A stretch of DNA of 64,000 bases, taken from Nannocystis bainbridge (lineage in GTDB: Bacteria; Myxococcota_A; Polyangia; Nannocystales; Nannocystaceae). The stretch's first letter is position 1. The number at the start of each line of letters is the position of its first letter. The stretch lies in assembly GCF_028368995.1 (NCBI RefSeq), contig NZ_JAQNDL010000003.1, positions 2,048,001 to 2,112,000 on the forward strand, written 5' to 3'. The translations under genes and the position numbers were made by a program. Of this stretch, positions 24,967 through 34,432 are shown one piece after another. The notes beneath the pieces were generated by a model, which worked only from the letters and a program-made list of their open reading frames with translations, was not told the DNA's origin and did not search any database.

Positions 24967-25317
24967 CTACAGACTGGCGAGCAGCTCGGGCGCCGCCGAC
25001 TTCAACACCCAGCGCCCCTTGCCGAAGCTCCCCGAGTCGGCCAGCAGCACGATCGTGAAGAACTCCTCGGACAGGCAGCGCACCAGCAGGGTGCCGCGCT
25101 CCGCCTTGATCGTGATGTCGGTCAGGGCGCCGAGGTCGAGCGCCTTGGAGGCCTTGAGCAGCTCGACGAACCGAAATGAAAACTCGGTTGCGATGCCCTC
25201 GATGTCAGCCCCGCTGTCGCCGTCGTATTGCTCGACGGTGATGCCATCAAAGCCCATCAGGATGGCACCCTTGGCGCCTGGGATCTGTTCAACGATGGAT
25301 TTGAGGGTTTCTTTCAT
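24967..25317 (-). CDS. Roadblock/LC7 protein (MglC-like)
   Basis: 116 aa with [10 protein letters not shown] and FGKGRWVL. Sits between the pil/aro and acc genes like M. xanthus mglC. Confidence 0.8.
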   Translation of the reverse strand: MKETLKSIVEQIPGAKGAILMGFDGITVEQYDGDSGADIEGIATEFSFRFVELLKASKALDLGALTDITIKAERGTLLVRCLSEEFFTIVLLADSGSFGKGRWVLKSAAPELLASL

Positions 25318-25437
25318 GATTGGCGCAGTCCTCGCGCGGGCCGCCAGGTTGGCAGAGCAAATCGGTTCTGGCAAGCCTCAACTCGGCCGCAACCAGGCGT
25401 TCGCACTCGTTCACCCTCGTCTGTGGCGACCCTGCGC

Positions 25438-26604
25438 TCACTCCGCGGGCAATTGCGCTCGCTGCCGCAGCAGCCCCAGGATCTCGCGCGGGGTCAGCGG
25501 CAACACCAGCGGCTCGCCGACCCGCGCCAACGCCACGTAACTCACGGTGCCGCCGACGCGCTTTTTGTCGACCGCCAGGGCGCGCTCGACCGCGGCGCCG
25601 CGGTCCCCGGTGAGCCACGCGTCGAGATCTTGCGGCAACCGCAGGCGAGCGAGCGCCTGCGTGACCATCGGTTCGAGCCCCGGCTCGGCGACGCCCTTGA
25701 GCTCGGAGACCCGCGCGGCCGCTCGCAGCCCGAGCGCGACCGCGTCGCCGTGCGGGACTTCGTAGTTCGAGGCCGCCTCGATCGCGTGCGCCATGGTGTG
25801 CCCGAGGTTGAGCAGCACCCGACCCTTGCCGGCCTCGCCCTGCTCCCACGGGTCGCGACCGATGCAGGCCGCCTTGAGCCCGACCGAGGTCGCCACCAGC
25901 GGGGTGATGACGTCGACGTCGCGGGCGTAGATCCCGTCGGCGCGCGCGAGCAGCTGCTCGAGGTGGTCGCCCGAGAACAGCAGCGCGTGCTTGAGCATCT
26001 CGGCCAGACCCTGCGCGAGCTCGCGGTCGGGCAGCGAGCTCAGGACCTCGGGGTCGATGGCGACGAACAGCGGGAAGTGAAACACCCCGACCATGTTCTT
26101 GGCGCCGGGCAGGTCGACGGCGACCTTGCCCCCGACCGAGGCGTCGACCTGCGCGAGCAGGGACGTCGGCACCTGCACGACCGGGATGCCGCGCATGAAC
26201 AGCGCCGCGGACAGGCCCGAGAGGTCGCCGATGACGCCGCCGCCGAGCGCCACCACGGCGTCTCGTCGACTGAGGCCGCCGGAGATCATCTGCTCGAGCA
26301 CGGCGAGCAGCGACGGCATGGTCTTGTGCACCTCGCCCGCCGGAACGACGATCGGTACGACCTGGAAGCCGTGCGCTTCGAGGCTGGCCCGGGCCGCGGC
26401 GCCGTGCAGGCGCGCCACGTTGGCGTCGGTGATGAGCGCGACCGAATTGGCCCCGCCGAGCCGCTGTCGCAGCTCGGTGCCGATCCGCGACAACATGCCG
26501 CGACCGATCAGCACCGGATAGCTGCGGCTCTCGGCCGGGACGTGGACGTCGAGCACGAGGGGCCGAGGGCGCTTGCGTTGGCTGGATGACCCGCTGTCTT
26601 GCAT
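25438..26604 (-). CDS. aroB: 3-dehydroquinate synthase
   Basis: GGGVIGDL, PTSLLAQVDASVGGK, LNLGHT. Confidence 0.96.
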   Translation of the reverse strand: MQDSGSSSQRKRPRPLVLDVHVPAESRSYPVLIGRGMLSRIGTELRQRLGGANSVALITDANVARLHGAAARASLEAHGFQVVPIVVPAGEVHKTMPSLLAVLEQMISGGLSRRDAVVALGGGVIGDLSGLSAALFMRGIPVVQVPTSLLAQVDASVGGKVAVDLPGAKNMVGVFHFPLFVAIDPEVLSSLPDRELAQGLAEMLKHALLFSGDHLEQLLARADGIYARDVDVITPLVATSVGLKAACIGRDPWEQGEAGKGRVLLNLGHTMAHAIEAASNYEVPHGDAVALGLRAAARVSELKGVAEPGLEPMVTQALARLRLPQDLDAWLTGDRGAAVERALAVDKKRVGGTVSYVALARVGEPLVLPLTPREILGLLRQRAQLPAE

Positions 26605-26612
26605 GCAGGACC

Positions 26613-27197
26613 TCAGAGGATGCGGAGGCTGGTGGCAAGCGCCGTCAGCAACCGGTGCGCCACATCTTGCGGCGGTCCGTTGCCGTCGACAACTCCGTCC
26701 GCTTCCTCATACGCCGACCTTCGGTTGTCAAGGAGTTCGCCGACGCGCGCCGCGACCGCGCCCTCGTCCGACCCGAGCAACGGACGTCCGCCCAGCGGCG
26801 TGACGACCAGTCGACGCGCGAGCTCGGCCGGCGGGACGTCGAGGAAGTACACGACCCCGGCTTCGCGCATCAGCGCGCGGTTGGCCGGGTCGACGACGAG
26901 TCCGCCGCCCGCGGCGACCACGACGGTGCGCGCCCGAAAGCCGGGCTCGGCCACGAGGAGCTGCAAGGCGGCCTTCTCGCAGTGGCGGAAGTGCGACTCG
27001 CCGCGGGCGAACAGCGCGGGGATCGCCGCGCCGAAGAGCCGCTCGATCCGGCGGTCGAGGTCGATGAACGGCGCGCCCCACAGCCCGGCCACGATCGGCC
27101 CGACGGTCGACTTGCCGGCGCCCATCATCCCGGTGAGGAAGAGCGGTCGTTGCGGATCGTCTGCACGGCGTGAAGTCATGGCGGTGAGAGAGCTCAT
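26613..27197 (-). CDS. aroK: Shikimate kinase
   Basis: LTGMMGAGKSTVG, DLD, GESHFR, GGG, RPLL. ATGA overlap with the pilO-like stop. Confidence 0.92.
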   Translation of the reverse strand: MSSLTAMTSRRADDPQRPLFLTGMMGAGKSTVGPIVAGLWGAPFIDLDRRIERLFGAAIPALFARGESHFRHCEKAALQLLVAEPGFRARTVVVAAGGGLVVDPANRALMREAGVVYFLDVPPAELARRLVVTPLGGRPLLGSDEGAVAARVGELLDNRRSAYEEADGVVDGNGPPQDVAHRLLTALATSLRIL

Positions 27198-27820
27198 CAG
27201 CGTGGGACAGGGCTCGGCGCGCTCGGGTGCGCCGGCGGCTCGGCGAGCTCGGCCCTGACCCGCAGCGCGCCTGCGCGAAAAGAGATCTCCAGCGCGCCGT
27301 CCTCGGCGGGCCAGCGCAGCGCGAGCTCGTCGAGCACGACGGTCTCGGGCAAGGCGGCGAGCGCGGTGACGAAGCGGACCAGCGCGTCCCAGCCGCCCCG
27401 CGCGTCGACCCGCACCGGCGAGCGCACGCCCCACTCGCCCGCGGGCTCGTCGGGCAGCGGCTGCCAGCGATCGATCTCGAGGCCCGAGTCGCGCGCGAGC
27501 GCGGGCACGATGAACAGCAGGTCGGCCCGGTCCCCCGCGGCGCCGGGGGTCGCCGCCAGCGCCAGCGTCAGCGCGACCTCGTCGGCGGCCAGCGCCGCGG
27601 CGAAGGTCTGCTGCTCGGCCAGCTCCTGCGTCACCCGGTCCCGCCGCGCCTCGGCGGCCGCGAGCTCGTTGCGGGCCGCGAGCAGGTCGGCGCGCGCCGG
27701 CACGAAGAACAGCACGTAGCCGACGATCGCGGTGACGCTGGCGCCGAGCCCCCAGATCAGCAGCGTCTGCAGGACGGACAGGCGCGTGAGGCTCTCGGGC
27801 GACAGCACGGCGCGTCTCAC
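27197..27820 (-). CDS. pilO: Type IV pilus PilO-like protein (divergent)
   Basis: TM, coiled coil, then LARDSGL and GGWDALVRFV..L..L. Follows pilN. Confidence 0.7.
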   Translation of the reverse strand: MRRAVLSPESLTRLSVLQTLLIWGLGASVTAIVGYVLFFVPARADLLAARNELAAAEARRDRVTQELAEQQTFAAALAADEVALTLALAATPGAAGDRADLLFIVPALARDSGLEIDRWQPLPDEPAGEWGVRSPVRVDARGGWDALVRFVTALAALPETVVLDELALRWPAEDGALEISFRAGALRVRAELAEPPAHPSAPSPVPR

Positions 27821-28371
27821 TGGTTCGGCGCGGCCTCGAGATCGAGGCGGAAGCGCAGGCTGTCGTCGGCGGTGCGGGCGTATTCTGGCCCATAGGACAG
27901 GTGGAACTTCGCCTCGGCGCGGACCCGGGCGACCAACGCGGCGAGGGCTGCGTGGTCGCGAGCGAGGCCGTCGACCCGCCAGCCGCCGAGTGTGGCCGCG
28001 TGGGCTTCGAGCGGCCGCAGCGCCGCGTCGTCCGCCTCGAACAACCCCGCCAGCTCGGCCAGCGCCGCCGCCGGTTCGCCGCGAGCCTCGCGGAGCCGCG
28101 CCAGCGCCTCCTGGCGGATCCGCAGCACCCGCTGGCGCTCCGCCAGGGCCGGATTGTCGCGCTTCTTCTCGAGCCGCCGGATCTCCGCCGTCACCTCGGC
28201 CGTGCTCGCGCGCAGCTCGGCCGCCGTCGCGCCGTGGCTGGCGATCCACGCGTAGCCGGTGCCGATCACCGCGGCCCAGCCGAGCAGCATCGCGCCGGCC
28301 AGCGCGACCCCGCTGCGCAGCCGCAGGCGTCGCCGCCGCTGGGCCCGCGGCAGGAGGTTGATGCGGATCAC
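27817..28371 (-). CDS. pilN: Type IV pilus PilN-like protein (divergent)
   Basis: N-terminal IRINLLP PilM-binding motif, TM, coiled coil. Confidence 0.8.
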   Translation of the reverse strand: MIRINLLPRAQRRRRLRLRSGVALAGAMLLGWAAVIGTGYAWIASHGATAAELRASTAEVTAEIRRLEKKRDNPALAERQRVLRIRQEALARLREARGEPAAALAELAGLFEADDAALRPLEAHAATLGGWRVDGLARDHAALAALVARVRAEAKFHLSYGPEYARTADDSLRFRLDLEAAPNQ

Positions 28372-29414
28372 GGCGAGTCCTCCGCCCGCCGCAGCGCCAG
28401 CCCGAACGCCAGCGCCGCGGCCGCCCCCTCGGCCTGCAGCGCCGCTGTATCGACACCGGCGTCGATCGCCAGGCGGGCAAACGGCTCGACCCGCTGCACC
28501 GCGGCGCCGAGGCGTTCACCCAGCGCCGGCGCCAGCGTCGGCGTGGCCGCGGCGCCGCCCGCCAGGTAGATGCGCGTGAGCGGCTCGGCGACCGTCGAGT
28601 CGAGGAAGAACGCGAGCGAGCGCTGGACCTCGCCGGCGATCGCCTGCGACACCGGCATGAGCACCTCGGCGAGGCGGGCCGCCACCTCCGGCTCGACGCA
28701 GGCGCGCCGCTTGAGCGCCTCCGCCTCGCTCGCGCTCGCGCCGAGGGCTCGCTGGATCGCCGCGTCGAAGTCGCGCCCGCCGGCGCCGAAGTCGCGCCCG
28801 TACGCCGGCACCCCGTCGGCCACGATCGTGATCGTCGAGTTCGCCGCGCCGACCGCCAGCACCGCCGCCGTCTCGCCGCCGACCAGGCCGTGGGCCGCCT
28901 CGACGCAGTTGTGCAGCGCGAACGCGGCGGCGTCGACGACCACCGGCCGCAGCCCGCAGTCCTGGGCCACGCGCAGGCGCTGGCGGACGATGTCGTGCTT
29001 GGCCGCCACGAGCAGCACCTCGATCTCGCCCGTCGCCGGGTTCTCGCGCAAGATCGTGTGATCGATCAGCACCTCGCCGCGCTGCTGCGGCGCCACGATC
29101 TGGTCGGCCTCCCACGCGATCTGGGCCACCAGCGCCTCGGGTCGCAGCTGCGGGACCGCGAAGCGCTTGATGATGACGCCGTTCCCCGCGACCGCGAGGG
29201 CCACGTCGCGGCCGTGCGGTCGCACGCGCGCGAGCACGCGCCGGACCGCGGCCACTGTCGCCTCGTGGTCGACGACCTGGCCGTCTTCGACGCAACCTGG
29301 GGCCAGCGGCTCGACGCCGAAGCGAGCGACCCGCAGGCCCGAGCGGGCCTGTCGCAGCTGCACGAGGCGGACCGCCGAGGTGCCGAGGTCGAGGCCGAAG
29401 CAGCGCCTGGTCAT
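28368..29414 (-). CDS. pilM: Type IV pilus assembly protein PilM
   Basis: GLDLGTSAV, VLLVAAK, VVVD..AFAL.N, FGLALR. Confidence 0.9.
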   Translation of the reverse strand: MTRRCFGLDLGTSAVRLVQLRQARSGLRVARFGVEPLAPGCVEDGQVVDHEATVAAVRRVLARVRPHGRDVALAVAGNGVIIKRFAVPQLRPEALVAQIAWEADQIVAPQQRGEVLIDHTILRENPATGEIEVLLVAAKHDIVRQRLRVAQDCGLRPVVVDAAAFALHNCVEAAHGLVGGETAAVLAVGAANSTITIVADGVPAYGRDFGAGGRDFDAAIQRALGASASEAEALKRRACVEPEVAARLAEVLMPVSQAIAGEVQRSLAFFLDSTVAEPLTRIYLAGGAAATPTLAPALGERLGAAVQRVEPFARLAIDAGVDTAALQAEGAAAALAFGLALRRAEDSP

Positions 29415-29507
29415 GCGTTTAGGCCGGCTCGCGGACAGTGGGCCGCGACGCGGGCTCGCGGGGGGACGGGGACAGGGACGGCGGCGCGACGCGGCCGCGA
29501 ACGCGGC

Positions 29508-30017
29508 TCAGGCCTGGTCGATGTCGGGGCCGAACACTTGCTCGCGCGCCGAGGGGCTGAGCCCGAGCGCCTCGAGGATCTTGCGCTTGGTATCCATGCG
29601 GCATGGACATCCCGACTCCACGCGGTCGATGGTTAGCGGGCTGACGCCGGCACGTCGCGCGAGCTCGGCCTTGCTCATCATGGCGGCCTGGCGCAGCTTG
29701 CGGACGTTGTTGGGCTGCACGCCCTTCCCCTTCGGGGTCGCGGTCGGGGTCGCGGTCGGTGTCGCGGTCGGTGTCGCGGTCGGTGTCGCGGCCCCGTTGT
29801 CGTCGGCGGCCTTGCGGGCTCGCTTCGGCGCCGGCGCCTCGACGGCGTTCGCGGCCGCGGGCTCGCCGACCTCGCCGGCCTCGCCGACCTCGCCACCATC
29901 GTCTGCCTCGCGCTCGCGCGGCGGCGCGTCCTCGCGGGCGTACAGCTCGGCTGTGTCCGCGGGGGCGGCTTGCTGCGGCGGCGGAGCTTGAAGCTCCTGC
30001 TTCGGGGTCGCGGTCAT
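29508..30017 (-). CDS. XRE-family HTH protein with low-complexity N-terminal extension
   Basis: NNVRKLR..MMSKAELARRAGVSPLTIDRVE. A 12-bp tandem repeat near 29737-29790 encodes TPTA units. Confidence 0.8.
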   Translation of the reverse strand: MTATPKQELQAPPPQQAAPADTAELYAREDAPPREREADDGGEVGEAGEVGEPAAANAVEAPAPKRARKAADDNGAATPTATPTATPTATPTATPKGKGVQPNNVRKLRQAAMMSKAELARRAGVSPLTIDRVESGCPCRMDTKRKILEALGLSPSAREQVFGPDIDQA

Positions 30018-30050
30018 GGGGCTGGCCGGTCGGGCTACGCTTTCCTACAC

Positions 30051-30079
30051 ATTGTCAGCCCCGGCAAGGGGTTCGTCAA
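30051..30079 (-). promoter_or_regulatory. Candidate sigma70-type promoter for the HTH-pilM operon
   Basis: Minus strand TTGACG-N17-GACAAT, with an AT-rich tract upstream at about 30095-30145. Confidence 0.5.
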
Positions 30080-30384
30080 CGTGGCAGGACCGTCTCAGTG
30101 ATACGTAAGTGAATGTTAGTGATATGGATTTGATAGGTCTTTGTAGCGATCCGAGCGACGCCCAGCACCGCCCCTCCGAGCTAGGTGAAAACGCTTCTGG
30201 GGGCAGCTGCGGGGCCACAGGCTGCGATTCGTGGCCCATGTGCGAAAATGCTCACCGGCGGGAACAGCGCGCGCGCGTCCACGCACGCCTGGGCCTTGGG
30301 CAGATCTCCCTGGGTCGCGCCGACCAATGCCGAGGCCGCCGACCGCGGTGCCGCGATGCGCGCGGATGGTAACCTCCCGGCGCC

Positions 30385-31869
30385 GTGACCACCGCAGACT
30401 TGATCCTCGCCATCGACCAGGGGACCACCGGCAGCACCTGCTTGCTCGTCGACCCGCAGCTCCGCGTGCTGGCGCGCGCGACCCGGGAGTTCCCACAGCA
30501 CTTTCCGCAGCCCGGGTGGGTCGAGCACGACCCTGACGAGCTGTACGCCTCCGTGCTAGCGACCGTGGCCGAGGTGCTGCAGACGAGCGGCGTGGAGCCG
30601 GCGCGCATCGCCGCCGTCGGCATCACCAACCAGCGCGAGACCAGCCTTTTGTGGGGTCGTCGTGACGGTCGGCCGCTGCACCGCGCGCTCGTGTGGCAGG
30701 ACCGGCGCACCGCCGACACCTGCGAGTCGCTCCGCGCCGCCGGCCACGAGGACCTCATCCGCGCGCGCACCGGGCTGCTGCTCGACCCTTACTTCGCCGC
30801 CACCAAGCTGGCGTGGGTCCTCGACCACGTGCCAGGCGCCCGCGCCCGCGCCGACGCAGGCGAGCTCGCGGCCGGCACCGTCGACACCTACCTCGTGTGG
30901 CGGCTGACCGCCGGCGCCGCCCACGTCTCGGAGCCGAGCAACGCCTCGCGCACCCTGCTCTGGCCGCTCCAAGGCGGCGGCTGGGACGAGCAGCTGTGCG
31001 GCCTCCTGCGCGTGCCCTCGGCGATCCTCCCGCGCGTCCTCCCGTGCACCGCTCGCTTCGGCGAGACCCGCGGCGTGCCCGGCCTGCCGGACGGCATCCC
31101 GATCCACGGCATCGCCGGCGACCAGCAGGCGGCCCTGTTCGGCCAGGCCTGCTTCGAGCCCGGCGAGGCCAAGTGCACCTACGGCACCGGCGCCTTCGCC
31201 ATGCTCAACACCGGCGACACCCCGGTCGCCTCGCGCCACGGCCTCCTCACCACGGTCGGCTGGCAGATCGGCGAGCGCACCACCTACTGCCTCGAGGGCA
31301 GCGCCTTCATGGCCGGCGCGGTCGTGCAATGGCTGCGCGACGGCCTCGGCTTCGTCGTCAAGGCCAGCGAGATCGAGGCCCTCGCCGCCAGCGTGCCCGA
31401 CAGCGGCGGCGTCATCCTCGTGCCTGCGCACGCGGGCCTCGGCGCGCCCTACTGGCGACCGCACGCGCGCGGCCTGATCAGCGGCATCACCCGCGGCACC
31501 GCCCGCGCGCACATCGCTCGCGCCGCGCTCGAGGGCATCGCCTTGCAGATCGCCGACCTGCTCCGCGCCATGAGCGCCGACATCGGCGCCCCGCTCAAGG
31601 CGCTCAAGGTCGACGGCGGCGCCGCGGCCAACGACCTCCTCATGCAGCTGCAGGCCGACCTCCTCGGCGTCCCGATCGCTCGCCCCACCATGCTCGAGGC
31701 CACCGCTCTCGGCGCCGTCTTCCTCGCCGGCCTCGGCGCCGGCGTCTGGTCCGACACCACCGCCCTATCCGCCGCCTGGAAGCAGGACCGCGCCTTTACC
31801 CCGCGGCCCCCGACCACCGCCCTGGCGACCCTGCGCAGCAACTGGGAGCGCGCTGTCGCCCTGGCCTGA
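30385..31869 (+). CDS. glpK: Glycerol kinase
   Basis: AIDQGTTGS, GITNQRET, WQDRRT, GDQQAALFGQ, KCTYGTGAF. Confidence 0.97.
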   Translation: MTTADLILAIDQGTTGSTCLLVDPQLRVLARATREFPQHFPQPGWVEHDPDELYASVLATVAEVLQTSGVEPARIAAVGITNQRETSLLWGRRDGRPLHRALVWQDRRTADTCESLRAAGHEDLIRARTGLLLDPYFAATKLAWVLDHVPGARARADAGELAAGTVDTYLVWRLTAGAAHVSEPSNASRTLLWPLQGGGWDEQLCGLLRVPSAILPRVLPCTARFGETRGVPGLPDGIPIHGIAGDQQAALFGQACFEPGEAKCTYGTGAFAMLNTGDTPVASRHGLLTTVGWQIGERTTYCLEGSAFMAGAVVQWLRDGLGFVVKASEIEALAASVPDSGGVILVPAHAGLGAPYWRPHARGLISGITRGTARAHIARAALEGIALQIADLLRAMSADIGAPLKALKVDGGAAANDLLMQLQADLLGVPIARPTMLEATALGAVFLAGLGAGVWSDTTALSAAWKQDRAFTPRPPTTALATLRSNWERAVALA

Positions 31870-32042
31870 GGGACATGTCCCGAAGGCCAGCCTCGCCGCG
31901 AGCGTTCGCCTCGTGACTCGCCTGCGCCGGCCGAGTCACGAGTGATGCGCTCCCGCGCTTGGGGCCGTGGGCCCCGAGGCCTACCTCGGGCCTCCGGCGC
32001 TCACGGGCCGGGGCCCACGCGCCGCTCGCCCTCCAGCCCCGC

Positions 32043-33560
32043 TCAGCGGACGCGGAGCTCGAAGCCGACCTCGCGCAGCTTCTCCGCCTCCTCGATCAGG
32101 TCGGCGAAGGTCAGCGGGTGGGCCTCGATCCAGTCGGGCAGGAACCCCAGCTCGAGCGCCCCGCGGCGGGCCGTCGCCGTGAACGGCGGCAGCGGCGTCG
32201 GGCTGCGGCTGCGGGCCAGGCGGAGCGCCACGCGCAGGCAGATCGTCAGCGCTTTGGCCAGCTCCGCCTCGCTGTTCGGCAGGCCCGTGAACACCTCGCG
32301 CGTCAGCCGTTTGCGCTGCCCGAGCAGCATCGCCGCCAGCAGCTCCTGGTCCGCGCGCGAGAACCCCGGCATGTCGGAGTTGGCCACCAGGTACGCGCTG
32401 TGCTTGTGATAGCCGGAGAACGCCACCGACAGCCCGATCTCGTGCAGGCGCGCCGCCCAGCCCACCAGCTGGTGCCCGACCTCCGCGTCGAGGCCCCACG
32501 CGTCGCGCACCTGCTGGAAGCAGTGCAGCGCCAGGCGCTCCACCCGGCCGGCCTGGGCCATGTCTACCTTGTAGCGCTGGCACAGCTGGCGGATCGTCTG
32601 GTCGCGCACGTCCTCGTGGCGGATCCGCCCCAGCAGGTCGTACAGCAGCCCCTCGCGCATCGACCCCGTCGAGATCGCCATGTGCTCGATGTTCAGGCTC
32701 TCGAACAGCGCCAGCAGGATCGCCACTCCGCCCGGCAGCACCGGCGCGCGGTCCGCCTGCACCCCCGACAGCCCGCCGATCTTGCTGATGTTGCCCGCGG
32801 CGATCAGCGCCTTCTTCAGCTGGCGCAGCCCCGCCACCGTGATCCCGCGGTCGCTCCACCCGTTCGCGCGCAGGATCGCGTCGACCGCCGTGATCGTCCC
32901 CGACGAGCCGACGCAGTTCTCCCAGTTCGCCTCGAGGTAGCGGCGCTCGATCGGCTCGAGCTTGAGGCGCGCGGCGATCTCGGCCCGGCGGAAGTCCTCC
33001 GCGCGGATCTTGCCGTCGACGAAGAAGCGCAGGCTGTAGCCGACGCAGCCCATGCCGAGGCTGTCCATGCGGATCGGCTCGAAGCGCTCGCCGACGATCA
33101 GCTCCGTGCTGCCGCCGCCGATGTCGATCACCAGTCGGCGGCCGCGGTCGTCGGACATCGAGTGCGACACCCCGAGGTAGATCAGGCGCGCCTCTTCGCT
33201 GCCGGCGATGATGTCGATCGGGAGGCCGAGCGCCGCCTGGGCCCGGGCCAGGAACACCTTTGCGTTGCCCGCCTGGCGCATCGCGCTGGTGCCCACCGCG
33301 CGCACCCGGCCCTCGGGGATCTCCCGCAACCGCTGACCGAAGCGCTCGAGACAGGCCAGCGCGCGCTCCTGCACCTTGTCGGTCAGCTCGTGCTGCGCGT
33401 CGAGCCCGGCCGCCAGGGCCACGCGCTCGCGCAGGCGATCGACGATGTGGAAGTGGGTGTCGTCGACCACCCGCCCCACCACCATATGAAAGCTGTTCGA
33501 GCCGAGGTCGACCGCGGCGACGCTGTCGGAATCCGTGACTGGCGAATCCGGCTCGTTCAT
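32043..33560 (-). CDS. ppx: Exopolyphosphatase Ppx/GppA
   Basis: AVDLGSNSFH, EEARLIY, DIGGGSTE, LHEIG HD-like domain. Confidence 0.93.
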   Translation of the reverse strand: MNEPDSPVTDSDSVAAVDLGSNSFHMVVGRVVDDTHFHIVDRLRERVALAAGLDAQHELTDKVQERALACLERFGQRLREIPEGRVRAVGTSAMRQAGNAKVFLARAQAALGLPIDIIAGSEEARLIYLGVSHSMSDDRGRRLVIDIGGGSTELIVGERFEPIRMDSLGMGCVGYSLRFFVDGKIRAEDFRRAEIAARLKLEPIERRYLEANWENCVGSSGTITAVDAILRANGWSDRGITVAGLRQLKKALIAAGNISKIGGLSGVQADRAPVLPGGVAILLALFESLNIEHMAISTGSMREGLLYDLLGRIRHEDVRDQTIRQLCQRYKVDMAQAGRVERLALHCFQQVRDAWGLDAEVGHQLVGWAARLHEIGLSVAFSGYHKHSAYLVANSDMPGFSRADQELLAAMLLGQRKRLTREVFTGLPNSEAELAKALTICLRVALRLARSRSPTPLPPFTATARRGALELGFLPDWIEAHPLTFADLIEEAEKLREVGFELRVR

Positions 33561-33867
33561 CGCGGTGGGCGACCATACGGCCGCGCATGCCCGCGTGCAA
33601 GCGCCGCGAGCGACGGAGCACCCGGAGCATCACCCCTCGGCGACGCGGGTGCGCTCGGCGCGTCCACCTGCTCATGAACTCCCGGGCGTCACCGAGGACG
33701 ACGTCGTGAGGACGAGTGATTCTCCGACCCCCACGACGAGTGCTCCTCACGGCTCGACGAGGAGCCGCGTGCAGACCACCTCCACGCGGGACACCCCGCG
33801 CCGAGTGATCCTCCCGAGAGGCTCCGCGCGCACGCGCCACCCGCAATCGGGAATCGTGCAGGGCGTG

Positions 33868-34287
33868 TTAGTCCGCCTCGCCGAGCACGACTTCACCCGG
33901 CGTCGGCACCGGGCTCTCGCTGTCCGACTCGGCCGTCGCCTTGGCGGCGGACTCGGCCGCGCCGTCGAGCGGCGGCTCGCCGAGCTCGTCGGGCGCCTCT
34001 GGCGACGGCAACGACTCGGCCGGCCCGATCGTCAGATCGAGGTCGGCGTCGGGCGCCGCGAACTTGCGCCACGACAGCTCGAGCGCCAGCTTTTGCCGCT
34101 TCCCCTTGTCGGACGCCGCCAGCGAGAAGCCCACCACCCCGCGCGGCCCGAGCACCACCTGTTCGGCCCCGCGGTGGACCCGGACCGTCCCGGACTTGAG
34201 GGCCGTCACCAGCTGCTCGAGGTAGGCGATGACGTGAGGCACCTCGACCGCGCCGTCGATCTTCAATTCCTGACGTGAGCTCTTCAT
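33868..34287 (-). CDS. Amphi-Trp domain protein
   Basis: IAYLEQLVTALKSG..V.LGP...KLALELSW pattern followed by an acidic tail. Confidence 0.75.
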   Translation of the reverse strand: MKSSRQELKIDGAVEVPHVIAYLEQLVTALKSGTVRVHRGAEQVVLGPRGVVGFSLAASDKGKRQKLALELSWRKFAAPDADLDLTIGPAESLPSPEAPDELGEPPLDGAAESAAKATAESDSESPVPTPGEVVLGEAD

Positions 34288-34432
34288 CTCCGGGGGCTCC
34301 TCCCGGACGATTTTGGCCGGGCAGCTCAACTTGCCACGGCCGATTTGTCGCAGCAAGGCGCCGGCTGCCGGGCCGACCGCGGCGGCCGAAAGCGGCATGA
34401 ATCGGCGGGCGTCTTGTGCGAAGCTCGCGCTC

